From Candidatus Thorarchaeota archaeon (lineage in GTDB: Archaea; Asgardarchaeota; Thorarchaeia; Thorarchaeales; Thorarchaeaceae), in contig SOKL01000045.1 in assembly GCA_004376265.1 (NCBI GenBank), forward strand, positions 1 through 52,884: DNA of 52,884 nucleotides, read 5' to 3'. The position numbers and the translations under genes are program-made. The notes under the pieces are model-generated. The model worked only from the letters and a program-made list of their open reading frames with translations, ran no database searches and had not been told where the DNA came from. Each line of letters starts with the position of its first letter. Position 1 is the first letter of the stretch. Below, in pieces: positions 39,464-49,118 of the stretch.

Positions 39464-40714
39464 TTGTCGAAAATGATGAGTATCAAATGTGCGAAGTGTG
39501 GTAAAACCTACGAAATGTCCAATGTACCTCCAAACGATGGTTGCGGGGGTAGAATTGATTTCGAGTATAATCTTGATATCATTAAGGAAACTATCACGAG
39601 AGAGAGTCTATCAAAGAGGACTCCTGGACTCTGGAAATACTTCGAGTTGATGCCACTCAATGATAGGAAAAACATAGTGACAGCGGGAGAGGGTGGAACA
39701 CCTCTCATAGAGAGCAAACGACTGGGTAAAGAATGGATGATGAAGAACCTCTCCTTCAAGATTGAAACTGTCAATCCATCAGGTTCTTTCAAGGACAGAC
39801 CAATTTGTGTGGGAGTGAGCAAAGCGCTAGAGGACGGTGTGAAGACAGTTTCCGCAGCATCCTCAGGGAACGCAGCAGCTTCCATGTCTACCTATGCGGC
39901 AAGAGCAGGACTTCAAGCTGTGGTCTTTGTTCCAGAAGATGCTCCAAAAGGAAAGCTGATACATCTGAGGACGCTCGGAGCGAAAGTATTCAGAGTGAAG
40001 AAGGTGCAGGATGGTGTAGATCCTACTACTACCTTACTTCTAGCAGCCTGTGAAGAATTTGGGTGGACCCCTTCACCATCCTTTGGACCATTCAATTGCT
40101 TCCAGTTTGAGGGCACAAAATCCTTGGGTTTTGAGATTGCAGAGCAGACAGGATGGAATCCACCAGATTGGATTCTCTTTCCCACAGGTAGCGGAGGGCT
40201 TATGGCAGGCACCATGAAAGGATTTTGGGAGTTTCAACAGATGGGGTTGATAGACAATCTTCCTCGACCTATTGTTGTTCAACCTGAGGGATGTGCACCG
40301 ATTGTAAGAGCATTCAAAGAGGACCAAGAGCCTCTAAAGATCACCCCCTGGGATTCTAATGAGACCGTTGCAGGAGGTCTCGCTGACCCCTTCCCGTGGG
40401 ATGGTGATGCTGCTCTGAAGTATCTCAAACTTGCGAAGGGCGAGGTAATTGCGGTATCAGATAGAGCGATTGAGGAGTCCCTAGTGCTTTTAGGGAAGTT
40501 AGAGGGAGTGTTTGCTGAACCCAGTGGGGTTGCTGCCTTAGCAGGATTGAAAATCTTAGTTGACCAAGGCACTATTGACAAATCTGACCGAGTAGTGGTG
40601 CCAATAACAGGTTCGGGTTTCAAGGACTTGGCAACACCAGATCGACTCACACCAGAGGTGAAACTGATTCAGCCCGAAACATCTGCACTCAAGAAAGCTC
40701 TTGAAAATTATTAA
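39464..40714 (+). CDS. thrC: threonine synthase (PLP fold II)
   Basis: GEGGTPL, NPSGSFKDR, ASSGNAA, PTGSGG, EPSG, TGSGFKD. Confidence 0.85.
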   Translation: MSKMMSIKCAKCGKTYEMSNVPPNDGCGGRIDFEYNLDIIKETITRESLSKRTPGLWKYFELMPLNDRKNIVTAGEGGTPLIESKRLGKEWMMKNLSFKIETVNPSGSFKDRPICVGVSKALEDGVKTVSAASSGNAAASMSTYAARAGLQAVVFVPEDAPKGKLIHLRTLGAKVFRVKKVQDGVDPTTTLLLAACEEFGWTPSPSFGPFNCFQFEGTKSLGFEIAEQTGWNPPDWILFPTGSGGLMAGTMKGFWEFQQMGLIDNLPRPIVVQPEGCAPIVRAFKEDQEPLKITPWDSNETVAGGLADPFPWDGDAALKYLKLAKGEVIAVSDRAIEESLVLLGKLEGVFAEPSGVAALAGLKILVDQGTIDKSDRVVVPITGSGFKDLATPDRLTPEVKLIQPETSALKKALENY

Positions 40715-40724
40715 TTTGGTGAGA

Positions 40725-41174
40725 ATGATGGAGAATGTAACAGAGTATATGAAAGAAGCAATCGATGAGGCCAAAAAAGGACTTTCAGAGGGCGGAATAC
40801 CAATAGGTTCTGTCCTTATCATTGATGGAAAGATTGTAGGACGAGGTCACAACAGACGAATACAGAAAGGTAGTGCGATACTCCATGCGGAAATGGACTG
40901 TTTAGAGAACGCAGGAAGATTGACGGCAAAGGATTACAGAAGATCAGTTCTTTTTTCCACCCTCTCACCCTGTGACATGTGCAGTGGAGCAGTCCTCTTA
41001 TATGGCGTACCCGAAGTCGTTGTTGGAGAGAATACAACTTTCCAGGGACCGGAGGAGTACTTACGTCAGCGAGGTGTTGACATAACGGTTCTCAACGATG
41101 TTGAATGCATTGAGATTATGGAGAAATTTATCGAAGAAAATCCGACTCTATGGAACGAAGACATCGGTGAGTAA
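40725..41174 (+). CDS. cytosine deaminase (yeast FCY1-like, CDA fold)
   Basis: EGGIPIG, LHAEMDCLENAG, TLSPCDMC, WNEDIGE. Confidence 0.9.
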   Translation: MMENVTEYMKEAIDEAKKGLSEGGIPIGSVLIIDGKIVGRGHNRRIQKGSAILHAEMDCLENAGRLTAKDYRRSVLFSTLSPCDMCSGAVLLYGVPEVVVGENTTFQGPEEYLRQRGVDITVLNDVECIEIMEKFIEENPTLWNEDIGE

Positions 41175-41196
41175 GCAGAGTTTATTCGTGGAGATA

Positions 41197-42186
41197 ATGA
41201 CAATGTCAACGAAGGAGATACGTAGTAGGGCCAAAGAACTGGCCAAGAAGTACGAATATCTCCAATATATGATTGAACGCTACCTCGCACTGTGGGGTGA
41301 GGATGAAACCCTGAAGTACCTCCAAGCCTGTGAACTACCTATCAGGCCGTCAATCAGAATCAACACTCTAAAAACCACAAATGACGAAGTTCTTAGCCGC
41401 CTCCGAAGTAAATCGGTAGTTTTTGAAGAGATTCCATGGTTAGAGAATGGTTTCTACGCAGATTTCAATGATTCATCTCCCGGAGCATTGTTGGAACACA
41501 TGCTTGGATTCTATTATGTGCAGGGAGTACCATCGATGACTGCTGCGAGGGTTCTGGACCCTCAACCGGGTGAAATAATCCTTGATCTGGCTGCTGCACC
41601 TGGGGGTAAGACAACTCACATTGGACAAATGATGCAGAACACTGGGATGGTCATCGCGATTGAACAGGACAGATTACGGATGGCCAGCCTCAAGAGTAAC
41701 ATCATCCGATGTGGTGTGACCAACTCATTAATTCTTCGCGGTGACGCAAGAAAACTTGACTATCTCGGTTTCGAACCTGATAGAATACTTCTAGATGCAC
41801 CTTGTTCAGGAGAAGGATTGATCCCCTTATACCCAACTAGAAAGACTAGCAAGACAATGGCTGACGTCAGATATTGCGCCACACGAGAAGATGAGCTGTT
41901 AGATGCTGCAGTCAACGTTCTCGCAGATGGAGGAACAATCGTATATACAACTTGCTCCATTGCTCCAGAAGAAAACGAATACATTGTAGATGAGATACTG
42001 AATAGATATCCCGAGTTAGAAGTTGTTGAGATACCCATTGATTTTGGAATACCGGGATATTCTGAACCCTTCGGTGTTAGATTAAATGAGTCGTTAAAAC
42101 ATTCAAGACGCTTTCTCCCACATTTACACGGGACTGAGGGATTCTTCATTTGTAAGATGGTGAAGAAGGAGGGGAAGGTTGAATGA
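41197..42186 (+). CDS. RsmB/NOP2 family RNA m5C methyltransferase
   Basis: IRINTLK, LDLAAAPGGKT, LLDAPCSGEG, YTTCS, EENE, TEGFF. Confidence 0.93.
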   Translation: MTMSTKEIRSRAKELAKKYEYLQYMIERYLALWGEDETLKYLQACELPIRPSIRINTLKTTNDEVLSRLRSKSVVFEEIPWLENGFYADFNDSSPGALLEHMLGFYYVQGVPSMTAARVLDPQPGEIILDLAAAPGGKTTHIGQMMQNTGMVIAIEQDRLRMASLKSNIIRCGVTNSLILRGDARKLDYLGFEPDRILLDAPCSGEGLIPLYPTRKTSKTMADVRYCATREDELLDAAVNVLADGGTIVYTTCSIAPEENEYIVDEILNRYPELEVVEIPIDFGIPGYSEPFGVRLNESLKHSRRFLPHLHGTEGFFICKMVKKEGKVE

Positions 42187-42728
42187 CTATAGAACTGGTC
42201 GATCCTGTTGAGTGGACTTCTGTAATCGAGCAGATTGATGGCGAGTTCGGAGATGGAGTAACAAAAAGTCTATTGGGAGACCGTGTGCCTGTCGTTTTGT
42301 CACGAGGGGGCTCTAAGACATTTTTCCTCATACCAACTAAATGGATGTCCTTTGTGACAGAGGAGGAGGGTGAAAGGCTTGACATTCAATTCATTGGTAA
42401 GGAACTTGGCTCTATAGCCAAGGGTCGGTTCAGAATGAGTCTCCAAGTTATTGGTGAATTAAAGGAATTAACAAACGCCTTCATTATTGTAACAAAACAC
42501 AGTGCAGAGGCATTCACCTATGGTAGAAGTATCCTCAAGGAATCTGTTGTAGAATTGAATCCAGACCTGAAAAGAGGTCAGAGAGTACTTGTTTTGAACA
42601 AGGACCGTGAATGTCTAGGTATCGCTTCACTCTCAATCGATGCATCAATATTGAACCGTCTTAGTAGAGAGAAACTCGTTGGAAAGAACCTTGTAGACAT
42701 TGGTTGGTTTATCCGACGTCTAGGCTAG
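42183..42728 (+). CDS. nip7: NIP7-like ribosome biogenesis protein (PUA domain)
   Basis: GKELG...FRMSL...AFTYGRSILKESV...DIGWFIR; coupled to the NOP2 gene. Confidence 0.8.
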   Translation: MTIELVDPVEWTSVIEQIDGEFGDGVTKSLLGDRVPVVLSRGGSKTFFLIPTKWMSFVTEEEGERLDIQFIGKELGSIAKGRFRMSLQVIGELKELTNAFIIVTKHSAEAFTYGRSILKESVVELNPDLKRGQRVLVLNKDRECLGIASLSIDASILNRLSREKLVGKNLVDIGWFIRRLG

Positions 42729-43471
42729 ACAAACATGTCATTTGTCCGATCTGAGGATTCAATGGACTTACGCATCTTCTCGAGCCTTTCGATTTCGCGT
42801 GACTCCTCAAGTAGCTGCTCTACATTAGCTCCAACGCCGTAGACCTCATTTATTTTCTCCAACATTGTAGCTGCTGATCGGGGATCAGGTCTTCCTCTAG
42901 TTGCATAGGTAAGCAGACCAATGGCGGGAGCATCATGCATTTCCAGTTCAGCCAAGAATAGAGCCAATGGACCAGCAACAAAGAGACCTTCCTCGAGGAG
43001 CGGAACGGACCACTTCTCAAGCAAATCTCCATATGCAGTTGTTGGAACGCTTCGCATGTCTTCACCGTCTTCCTTGAAACTCGCATCTAGTCCACCAAGG
43101 AGCAATGTTTCTGCGAATTTATTCTCAGAAACCCAACTAGCTAAGCGGTCAATGAAACCCCACTGTTCAGATTGATGTGGTTGAAAACGTGGAACAAGAA
43201 ATATCATTTTCTTCGGTTCATAGGCGTAGAGTTCAAACGGAAGTACGAGTCTTTTATTCTCCATCGAAACGAAAAGGGGAAGCATATCACTCTTGATGAA
43301 ACCTACTCGTTCTGCCTTAAGGGTCCTTGTCAGATGAGCTGTGCTCAGGAAGCCAACTTCACCTAGACCATGAAAGCCACATATGAACGTTGAACCTGGT
43401 TTTACCTTGTAGTCCTTCCTCAGAATGATTCTGAAAGATGAATCACTGGTAGCAACGAAAGCCATACTCAT
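42725..43471 (-). CDS. PAC2 family proteasome assembly chaperone
   Basis: GFHGLGEVG, PFELY, LLGG, GPLALFL, PDPRSAA. Confidence 0.88.
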   Translation of the reverse strand: MSMAFVATSDSSFRIILRKDYKVKPGSTFICGFHGLGEVGFLSTAHLTRTLKAERVGFIKSDMLPLFVSMENKRLVLPFELYAYEPKKMIFLVPRFQPHQSEQWGFIDRLASWVSENKFAETLLLGGLDASFKEDGEDMRSVPTTAYGDLLEKWSVPLLEEGLFVAGPLALFLAELEMHDAPAIGLLTYATRGRPDPRSAATMLEKINEVYGVGANVEQLLEESREIERLEKMRKSIESSDRTNDMFV

Positions 43472-43722
43472 TCAATCCTCAATAGAGAGTGCTGACATAA
43501 AGAAGCCTCTCACTGTATAGAAATTTGGCGGATGCTTTTGAGGCTTTATATGTGTCTACGTAAGATTGGTATGGACGAGTCGGTTACACACGCTTTTGGT
43601 GTATAAGAGAAGGTCTTGTGTGTTGTGTACTCATAGACTGGTTTAACAGTATGTTATTCAAGTACACATAAAACTAATAGGATTTCATGATTTGTCCTCA
43701 TTCTACCTTTATGCGCATTTGA

Positions 43723-45939
43723 ATGCCGGAGCGGGCTTTATTGAGCACACTAAGAAAACTGGAACTCCAACAGGTCGCCCCCCGTTTGTTGGAGTTGCTC
43801 AGAAGGCAAGGACTTGCTACACTTACTAAATTCCAGGCTCTTGCAGTTGAACAGAGGATCATGAGAGGAAATAGTCAGCTCCTTGTAACTTACGATTATA
43901 ACGAAGCGTATCTTGTTGGTGAAATTGCATTACTGAATCGAGTGGCCTCCGATCATAGAGCTCGGGCAGTTGTTCTTTGCCCGAACCCATATCAAGCAGA
44001 AAAGAGATTCAAGTCCATTAGTCACCAATGCAGGCGCCTTGGTATTGAAGCCTCTCAGATTATTCGAAGAAGGGATGCCACTAAAGATGCTGTGTCGGGT
44101 AGAGTGATTGTCACAACCTTTACTTCCTTTGACATTGCAACACGAGTCAATCCAGATATCATCAATGGATTGGTATACGTCCTGATAGACCGCTTGGATT
44201 TGATTGGTCAACAGGGCATTGGAGCAAGTCTTGAAACCATTCTCGTGACGCTCTTGGGAAATCCCGATATCCAATATGTCGCAATTTGTCCACCTCTAGA
44301 AGATATCGATGAACTCAATAAATGGCTGAATGCAGAGCTTGTTCATGACCCTAAAACTGACGTGAAATTGATCTTCAGTGTGAAAGCTGTTGAAGATTCA
44401 AGAGATGCTATTGCAGATCTGACTCAATTCGTGCATTATCGTAAGGGTCAAGTGATGATTCTTTGTGCAAACACCAGTACTTCTGAAGAGTTAGCCCTGG
44501 AATTAGCAGGTATTGAAATGAAAAATGATTCAGCAGTTCTTGATCTAAAACTCTCTCCTGAGCATAGAGATGACCTCAGATATCTGTCCCAGGACATTAG
44601 AGAAAAATATCCTCAGTGTAAAACCACAGAAGACTTGGTAAAGACTGTGTCTAGAGGCGTTGCATTCTTTCATGAAGGAGTTGGAATGACCCATAGAAGG
44701 ATTATCTCTTCCGCGTGGGAAGAGGGATTACTTCCTGTCATCATCATGCCAACTCGTTTTGCCATCGCAAGCGGTCTTCGAGCCACTGTCGTATTCCTGA
44801 TGGGTGTGTACATGCAGGAGTTTGGAAAAGAGATCTCACAAGATGACGCTGTCACTATGTTATCTGAGTGGCAGCTCAGTGATGTTCTTGAGGCTGCAGG
44901 AAGGAGAGGAATAGACAACGAAGCATTTGGTGTAGTTGTTGTTGATAATGAATCAGAGAAGACCAGGGTGATTGAGAAGTACTTCGAAATCGATTCGGAA
45001 GGCAATTTGCAACCCAGATTGGGAGAAGTAGATAGTGTAATGGATGAAACTGAGAATATTCAAGACCTAGTCCTCAGACAACTCTGTGGAAAAACTGAAG
45101 ATGGGGAAGATCCGTTCTCAATTATAGATCGCACATTTTGGGGGAGTAGTAGCCGTGTGACCGAGTTGAGTCAGACGGATATTCAGACCGAAGCGGCTGT
45201 AGATAGTCGTCTTGCAATGCGTTCCACGAGGTCAACATTTTCAAGGGCAAAGGAAATTCCAGATAGCAGTATTAAGCTCGTATCAGTGAGGCCTGATAAG
45301 ATTGAGGGGCTCGTACATAGTGGTAGTCGAGAGATATGGCATTATGCGACTTTACGATCCAAGGATGGTGTTTCATGTTCTTGTGAATCGTGGAAATATC
45401 AAGGAATTAGAAAGCATCGACTATGCAAGCATCTTGTGAAGTTTGCGCGATACGCTCTGGACAACGAAGATTCAAAACCATATGCTGCGGGAGTGATTCT
45501 TCAAGCCTTACGCGGGCTTGAGGTGTATGATGAACTTGAAACGGATAGACTGATAATTCGTGACAAGGACACCGCACGTTGTACTGACCTCGGAAAGAGT
45601 GTATCAGTCCTTGGTGTCCCAGTAAGAGATACCAAGAAAGTGATGCGAGCAATTGCTGATGAAAAAAGTGATTTGAAAACCATTCTGAAGAGTGTGGTTT
45701 TATCGCGAACTACATTGCCAAAGGATGTTGTGAAACGCGTCTTAGATAGACTTCCAGCAAAGACCATTGAAGAAATTGTCTGTGAAGAGGACATGCCGGG
45801 TATTATTGAGAACTGTTTAGAGGAATTAGAATACATCAACTCAATCCTTCAAAAATTAATGACTTCAAAGCATGGTGCAAGAAAAGAGAGCAAGAAACTC
45901 CATAACAATCTCTTAATGCTTTTAGAGTCCATGAGATAA
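43723..45939 (+). CDS. Ski2/Hel308-like helicase-fold protein with degenerate ATPase motifs and SWIM zinc finger
   Basis: Q-motif LTKFQ, RGVAFFHEG, AAGRRGID; CSCESW...CKH SWIM; no GKT, and IDR in place of DE. Confidence 0.8.
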   Translation: MPERALLSTLRKLELQQVAPRLLELLRRQGLATLTKFQALAVEQRIMRGNSQLLVTYDYNEAYLVGEIALLNRVASDHRARAVVLCPNPYQAEKRFKSISHQCRRLGIEASQIIRRRDATKDAVSGRVIVTTFTSFDIATRVNPDIINGLVYVLIDRLDLIGQQGIGASLETILVTLLGNPDIQYVAICPPLEDIDELNKWLNAELVHDPKTDVKLIFSVKAVEDSRDAIADLTQFVHYRKGQVMILCANTSTSEELALELAGIEMKNDSAVLDLKLSPEHRDDLRYLSQDIREKYPQCKTTEDLVKTVSRGVAFFHEGVGMTHRRIISSAWEEGLLPVIIMPTRFAIASGLRATVVFLMGVYMQEFGKEISQDDAVTMLSEWQLSDVLEAAGRRGIDNEAFGVVVVDNESEKTRVIEKYFEIDSEGNLQPRLGEVDSVMDETENIQDLVLRQLCGKTEDGEDPFSIIDRTFWGSSSRVTELSQTDIQTEAAVDSRLAMRSTRSTFSRAKEIPDSSIKLVSVRPDKIEGLVHSGSREIWHYATLRSKDGVSCSCESWKYQGIRKHRLCKHLVKFARYALDNEDSKPYAAGVILQALRGLEVYDELETDRLIIRDKDTARCTDLGKSVSVLGVPVRDTKKVMRAIADEKSDLKTILKSVVLSRTTLPKDVVKRVLDRLPAKTIEEIVCEEDMPGIIENCLEELEYINSILQKLMTSKHGARKESKKLHNNLLMLLESMR

Positions 45940-45990
45940 CATTTTTACGTCAGTAACCGTGTGGCGGCTCAGACCTCAAGGGTGAATTCT

Positions 45991-47136
45991 ATGAAATTGT
46001 TTGAACACGAGGCAAAGGATATTTTCCGAGCCTTCAAGATGCCAACTCCTCTTGGTGGCTTAGCTAAGACTCCGAAAGAGGCAAAGGAAAGAGCTGTAGA
46101 GGTCGGAAAGCCCGTTGTTGTCAAGGCAATGGTACTTGCAGGAAAGAGAGGCAAGGCGGGCGGTGTAAAATTCGCTGATACTCCGAATGAAGCAAAGAAG
46201 TTTGCTGAAGAGATTCTGAAGATGCGTATCAACGATCTCCCAGTTGAGGCTGTTCTGATTGAAGAAAAACTCGATATCGAACAGGAGATTTATGCAGGAA
46301 TCACCATTGACAGAAATGAACGGAAATACGTGGTAATTGGAAGTGCTGCCGGGGGAATGTCAATCGAAGAACTTGCTGATGAGAGTCCAGAAAAGATTAT
46401 CAAAATGCACGTTGATCCAGACCTTGGATTCCAACCGTTTGAAGCCCGGCAGATGGCTATTGCCATGGGATTCAAGGGTAAGCAAATCAACAAGCTTGGA
46501 AGCTTTTTTGTGAAACTTTGGAATATCGTCGAAGCTTTCGATGTTGAACTAACAGAAATCAATCCGTTGATTCTTACTAAGGATGGAAGATTCTTTGCTG
46601 CCGATGCGAGACTGAATATCGACGATAACTCACTCTATAGACATCAAGACATCATTGAGAAGATCAAGCGAGAACCTGCTGTGCAAAATGAGCGTGAAAG
46701 ATTAGCAACTGAAAATAATATGGCCTATGTAGAACTCGATGGAAATATCGCATGCATCTGTAATGGCGCAGGTCTAACTATGGCGACTTTAGATACAGTT
46801 TCAGTTTTTGGAGGAGAGGCTAGCACATTTCTCGACCTTGGAGGAGGAGCGGATGCTGAGAGAGTTGAGAAGGGTATTGAGATCGCTTTAATGTATCCAA
46901 AAGTGAAAGCAATCTTAGTCAACATAATGGCTGGGATCACGAGATGCGATGATGTTGCGAGAGGAATTCTGGCAGCAAGAAATGATGGAGATATCACTGC
47001 GCCCATGGTTATTCGGATGGTAGGTACTAACGAAGAAGAGGGACAAGAAATTCTGGAAAAAGCAGGAATACCATTCCTCCAAACGATGGAAGAAGCCGCC
47101 TCGAAGGTGGTTGAGCTTGTAAAGGAGGTTGCTTAG
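45991..47136 (+). CDS. sucC: succinyl-CoA ligase (ADP-forming) beta subunit
   Basis: MKLFEHEAK, GKRGKAGGV, EINPL, NGAGLTMATLD, GITRCD; GGTGA SD. Confidence 0.95.
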   Translation: MKLFEHEAKDIFRAFKMPTPLGGLAKTPKEAKERAVEVGKPVVVKAMVLAGKRGKAGGVKFADTPNEAKKFAEEILKMRINDLPVEAVLIEEKLDIEQEIYAGITIDRNERKYVVIGSAAGGMSIEELADESPEKIIKMHVDPDLGFQPFEARQMAIAMGFKGKQINKLGSFFVKLWNIVEAFDVELTEINPLILTKDGRFFAADARLNIDDNSLYRHQDIIEKIKREPAVQNERERLATENNMAYVELDGNIACICNGAGLTMATLDTVSVFGGEASTFLDLGGGADAERVEKGIEIALMYPKVKAILVNIMAGITRCDDVARGILAARNDGDITAPMVIRMVGTNEEEGQEILEKAGIPFLQTMEEAASKVVELVKEVA

Positions 47137-48006
47137 ATGGCAATTCTCGTAGACAAAGACACCAAGATCATAGTACAGGGGATAACAGGTGGGCAGGGCA
47201 CATTTCATTCTGAAGCCATGCTTGAATACGGTACTAAGATAGTTGCGGGAGTCACTCCTGGCAAGTCCGGAGAAGAGGTTAATGGGGTACCTGTCTTTGA
47301 TAGCGTCATTGAAGCAAAAGAGGCAAAGGGAGCTAATGCTTCAATCATCTTCGTTCCAGCCCCATTTGCCGGGGATGCCGCTTTTGAGGCGATTGCCGCA
47401 GATCTCAATCCAATTGTCGTAATTACAGAACATGTACCAGTAAAGGATGAAATTCGAGTAATCCATGCTGCAAAGGCGAAAGGAATCACTGTAGTTGGCC
47501 CCAATACCCCTGGAATTATCACACCTGGTGCAAAACAGAAGGTCGGAATCATGCCAGGTCATGTCTTTTCAGATGGTGACGTTGGGCTCATGTCTCGAAG
47601 TGGAACACTGACTTACGAGATTGCTGCTGGAATGACAACCGCAGGTATTGGAATATCTACAGCGCTTGGTCTGGGAGGCGATCCATGCGTAGGACTCACC
47701 ACAATTGAAGCGGTCAAGCTGTTCAAAGAGGACAAAGACACTAAAGCGCTGGTCTTAGTTGGTGAAATTGGCGGTGATGCGGAAGAAAGAGCTGCAGCCT
47801 ACATCAAGAAGGAATATGACCTTCCAGTTGTTGGATATATAGCAGGTAGAACTGCTCCTCCGGGAAAACGCATGGGACATGCTGGTGCTATCATCAGTGG
47901 AAGTTCAGGGACCGCTGCAGCGAAGATTAAGGCACTAAATGATGCAGGAGTTGCAGTTGCTGACAAACCCAGCGACATTGCTAGACTCCTGAAGAAAGCT
48001 CTGTGA
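47137..48006 (+). CDS. sucD: succinyl-CoA ligase alpha subunit
   Basis: VQGITG, GPNTPG, SRSGTLTYE, GEIGG, RMGHAGA. Confidence 0.96.
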   Translation: MAILVDKDTKIIVQGITGGQGTFHSEAMLEYGTKIVAGVTPGKSGEEVNGVPVFDSVIEAKEAKGANASIIFVPAPFAGDAAFEAIAADLNPIVVITEHVPVKDEIRVIHAAKAKGITVVGPNTPGIITPGAKQKVGIMPGHVFSDGDVGLMSRSGTLTYEIAAGMTTAGIGISTALGLGGDPCVGLTTIEAVKLFKEDKDTKALVLVGEIGGDAEERAAAYIKKEYDLPVVGYIAGRTAPPGKRMGHAGAIISGSSGTAAAKIKALNDAGVAVADKPSDIARLLKKAL

Positions 48007-48124
48007 CGGTTCGATGGAATCTTTTATGGAAAGAGCACAAGCTTTTAAAACACAACCCGGCTGGAAAGCCGAGCGGGCTAACTAGAAACTATCTGTTCGC
48101 CTTCATTGAAAAGAGGTTCAAGAG

Positions 48125-48283
48125 ATGCCAGTAGCTGACATCGAAAAACGTAGGCTTGCACAGCATTACCTGCTGTACAAGTCCGTATGCCGATATTGTG
48201 GAGCAACTAATCCACTTAAGGCGAAAAAATGCAGAAAATGCAAGACCAAGGACCTCAGACCAAAGAGACGGACTAAGAAGTAA
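48125..48283 (+). CDS. rpl40e: 50S ribosomal protein eL40 (not in ORF track)
   Basis: [52 protein letters not shown]; GAGGT SD; TTTTAAAA TATA at ~48043. Confidence 0.93.
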   Translation: MPVADIEKRRLAQHYLLYKSVCRYCGATNPLKAKKCRKCKTKDLRPKRRTKK

Positions 48284-48305
48284 TTCTGGATCCCATGGCC
48301 GATTA

Positions 48306-48357
48306 GGGCCGGTGGTCTAGCCCGGTTATGACGTCGCCTTTATACGGCGAAAGTCAG
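48306..48357 (+). pseudogene. truncated tRNA 5' part (Val-type body; anticodon reads TAT, probably mutated TAC), lacking T-arm and 3' acceptor strand
   Basis: GGGCCGG TG GTCT AGCCCGGTTA TGAC G TCGCC TTTATAC GGCGA AAGTC AG; first 32 nt identical to the spliced tRNA-Val(CAC) at 50799-50906. Confidence 0.85.
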
Positions 48358-48438
48358 CTCAATTATGCCGAGATATGTCATTATCTCACTCCACTTGAAC
48401 CCTAGCACAGGAAAATGACCGGGGATGACGCCACGCCA
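48356..48438. repeat. 83-bp dispersed element, copy B, abutting the tRNA truncation point
   Basis: Reverse complement aligns to 921-1003 with 65/83 identities and no gaps. Confidence 0.85.
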
Positions 48439-48452
48439 ATACTTTCTGTAAT

Positions 48453-49022
48453 CTATTCCAGAGCAAGACCTTTTGGCTGATCTATTGGTTTTGTTTCTAG
48501 GTCTAATGTCGCAAAGAAGCCAGAAGCTAGTAGATTTGAAAGAACCAGAAGTACAAATCCAGCTGGTGGAATAGCCAGCAGTACAATCCCAGTGACGATG
48601 AGGGAATTACCAGCGATTTTACCCAAGGAATCTGCTGGTCTGAGTAATGTCATACTATATCCAGCCATTATCAAATACAATACTGTAGCACCGATTCCTA
48701 TCAGAGCAAAGGCGAGATCATTAATTGAGTGTCCAGTAGTATAGAGTGTGAAGAGTACTATGAACTCCAACGCCGTTGCAAAGAAACCAACCACTGCAGT
48801 GCCAGCAAAGATACTCTGCTTTATTTTCAAGAAAATGACACAGAACCCTATTCCTTGAAGTCCTACCCAAAATGTCCAAAGGACCGCTTCAATGAGTAGT
48901 TGTGTAACAGGCACTCCTCCATTTAGCAGAGTACCTATCATATTGTATGTGGTCAAGATTCCTGTTCCAATTCCAAAGATGCTTCCAACGACCGACAATA
49001 CGATATACTGTTTATCACTCAA
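48453..49022 (-). CDS. hypothetical multi-pass membrane protein
   Basis: 189-aa hydrophobic ORF, TTG start after GAGGGTGA. Confidence 0.75.
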   Translation of the reverse strand: MSDKQYIVLSVVGSIFGIGTGILTTYNMIGTLLNGGVPVTQLLIEAVLWTFWVGLQGIGFCVIFLKIKQSIFAGTAVVGFFATALEFIVLFTLYTTGHSINDLAFALIGIGATVLYLIMAGYSMTLLRPADSLGKIAGNSLIVTGIVLLAIPPAGFVLLVLSNLLASGFFATLDLETKPIDQPKGLALE

Positions 49023-49118
49023 TCAATTCACCCTCAAAAGGAGCAAGACGCAGCTGTGTATTATTTCTTAGATTTCTATTCATAGGTCCTTTTCAACCCC
49101 CATCAGTACATAGTCTCG

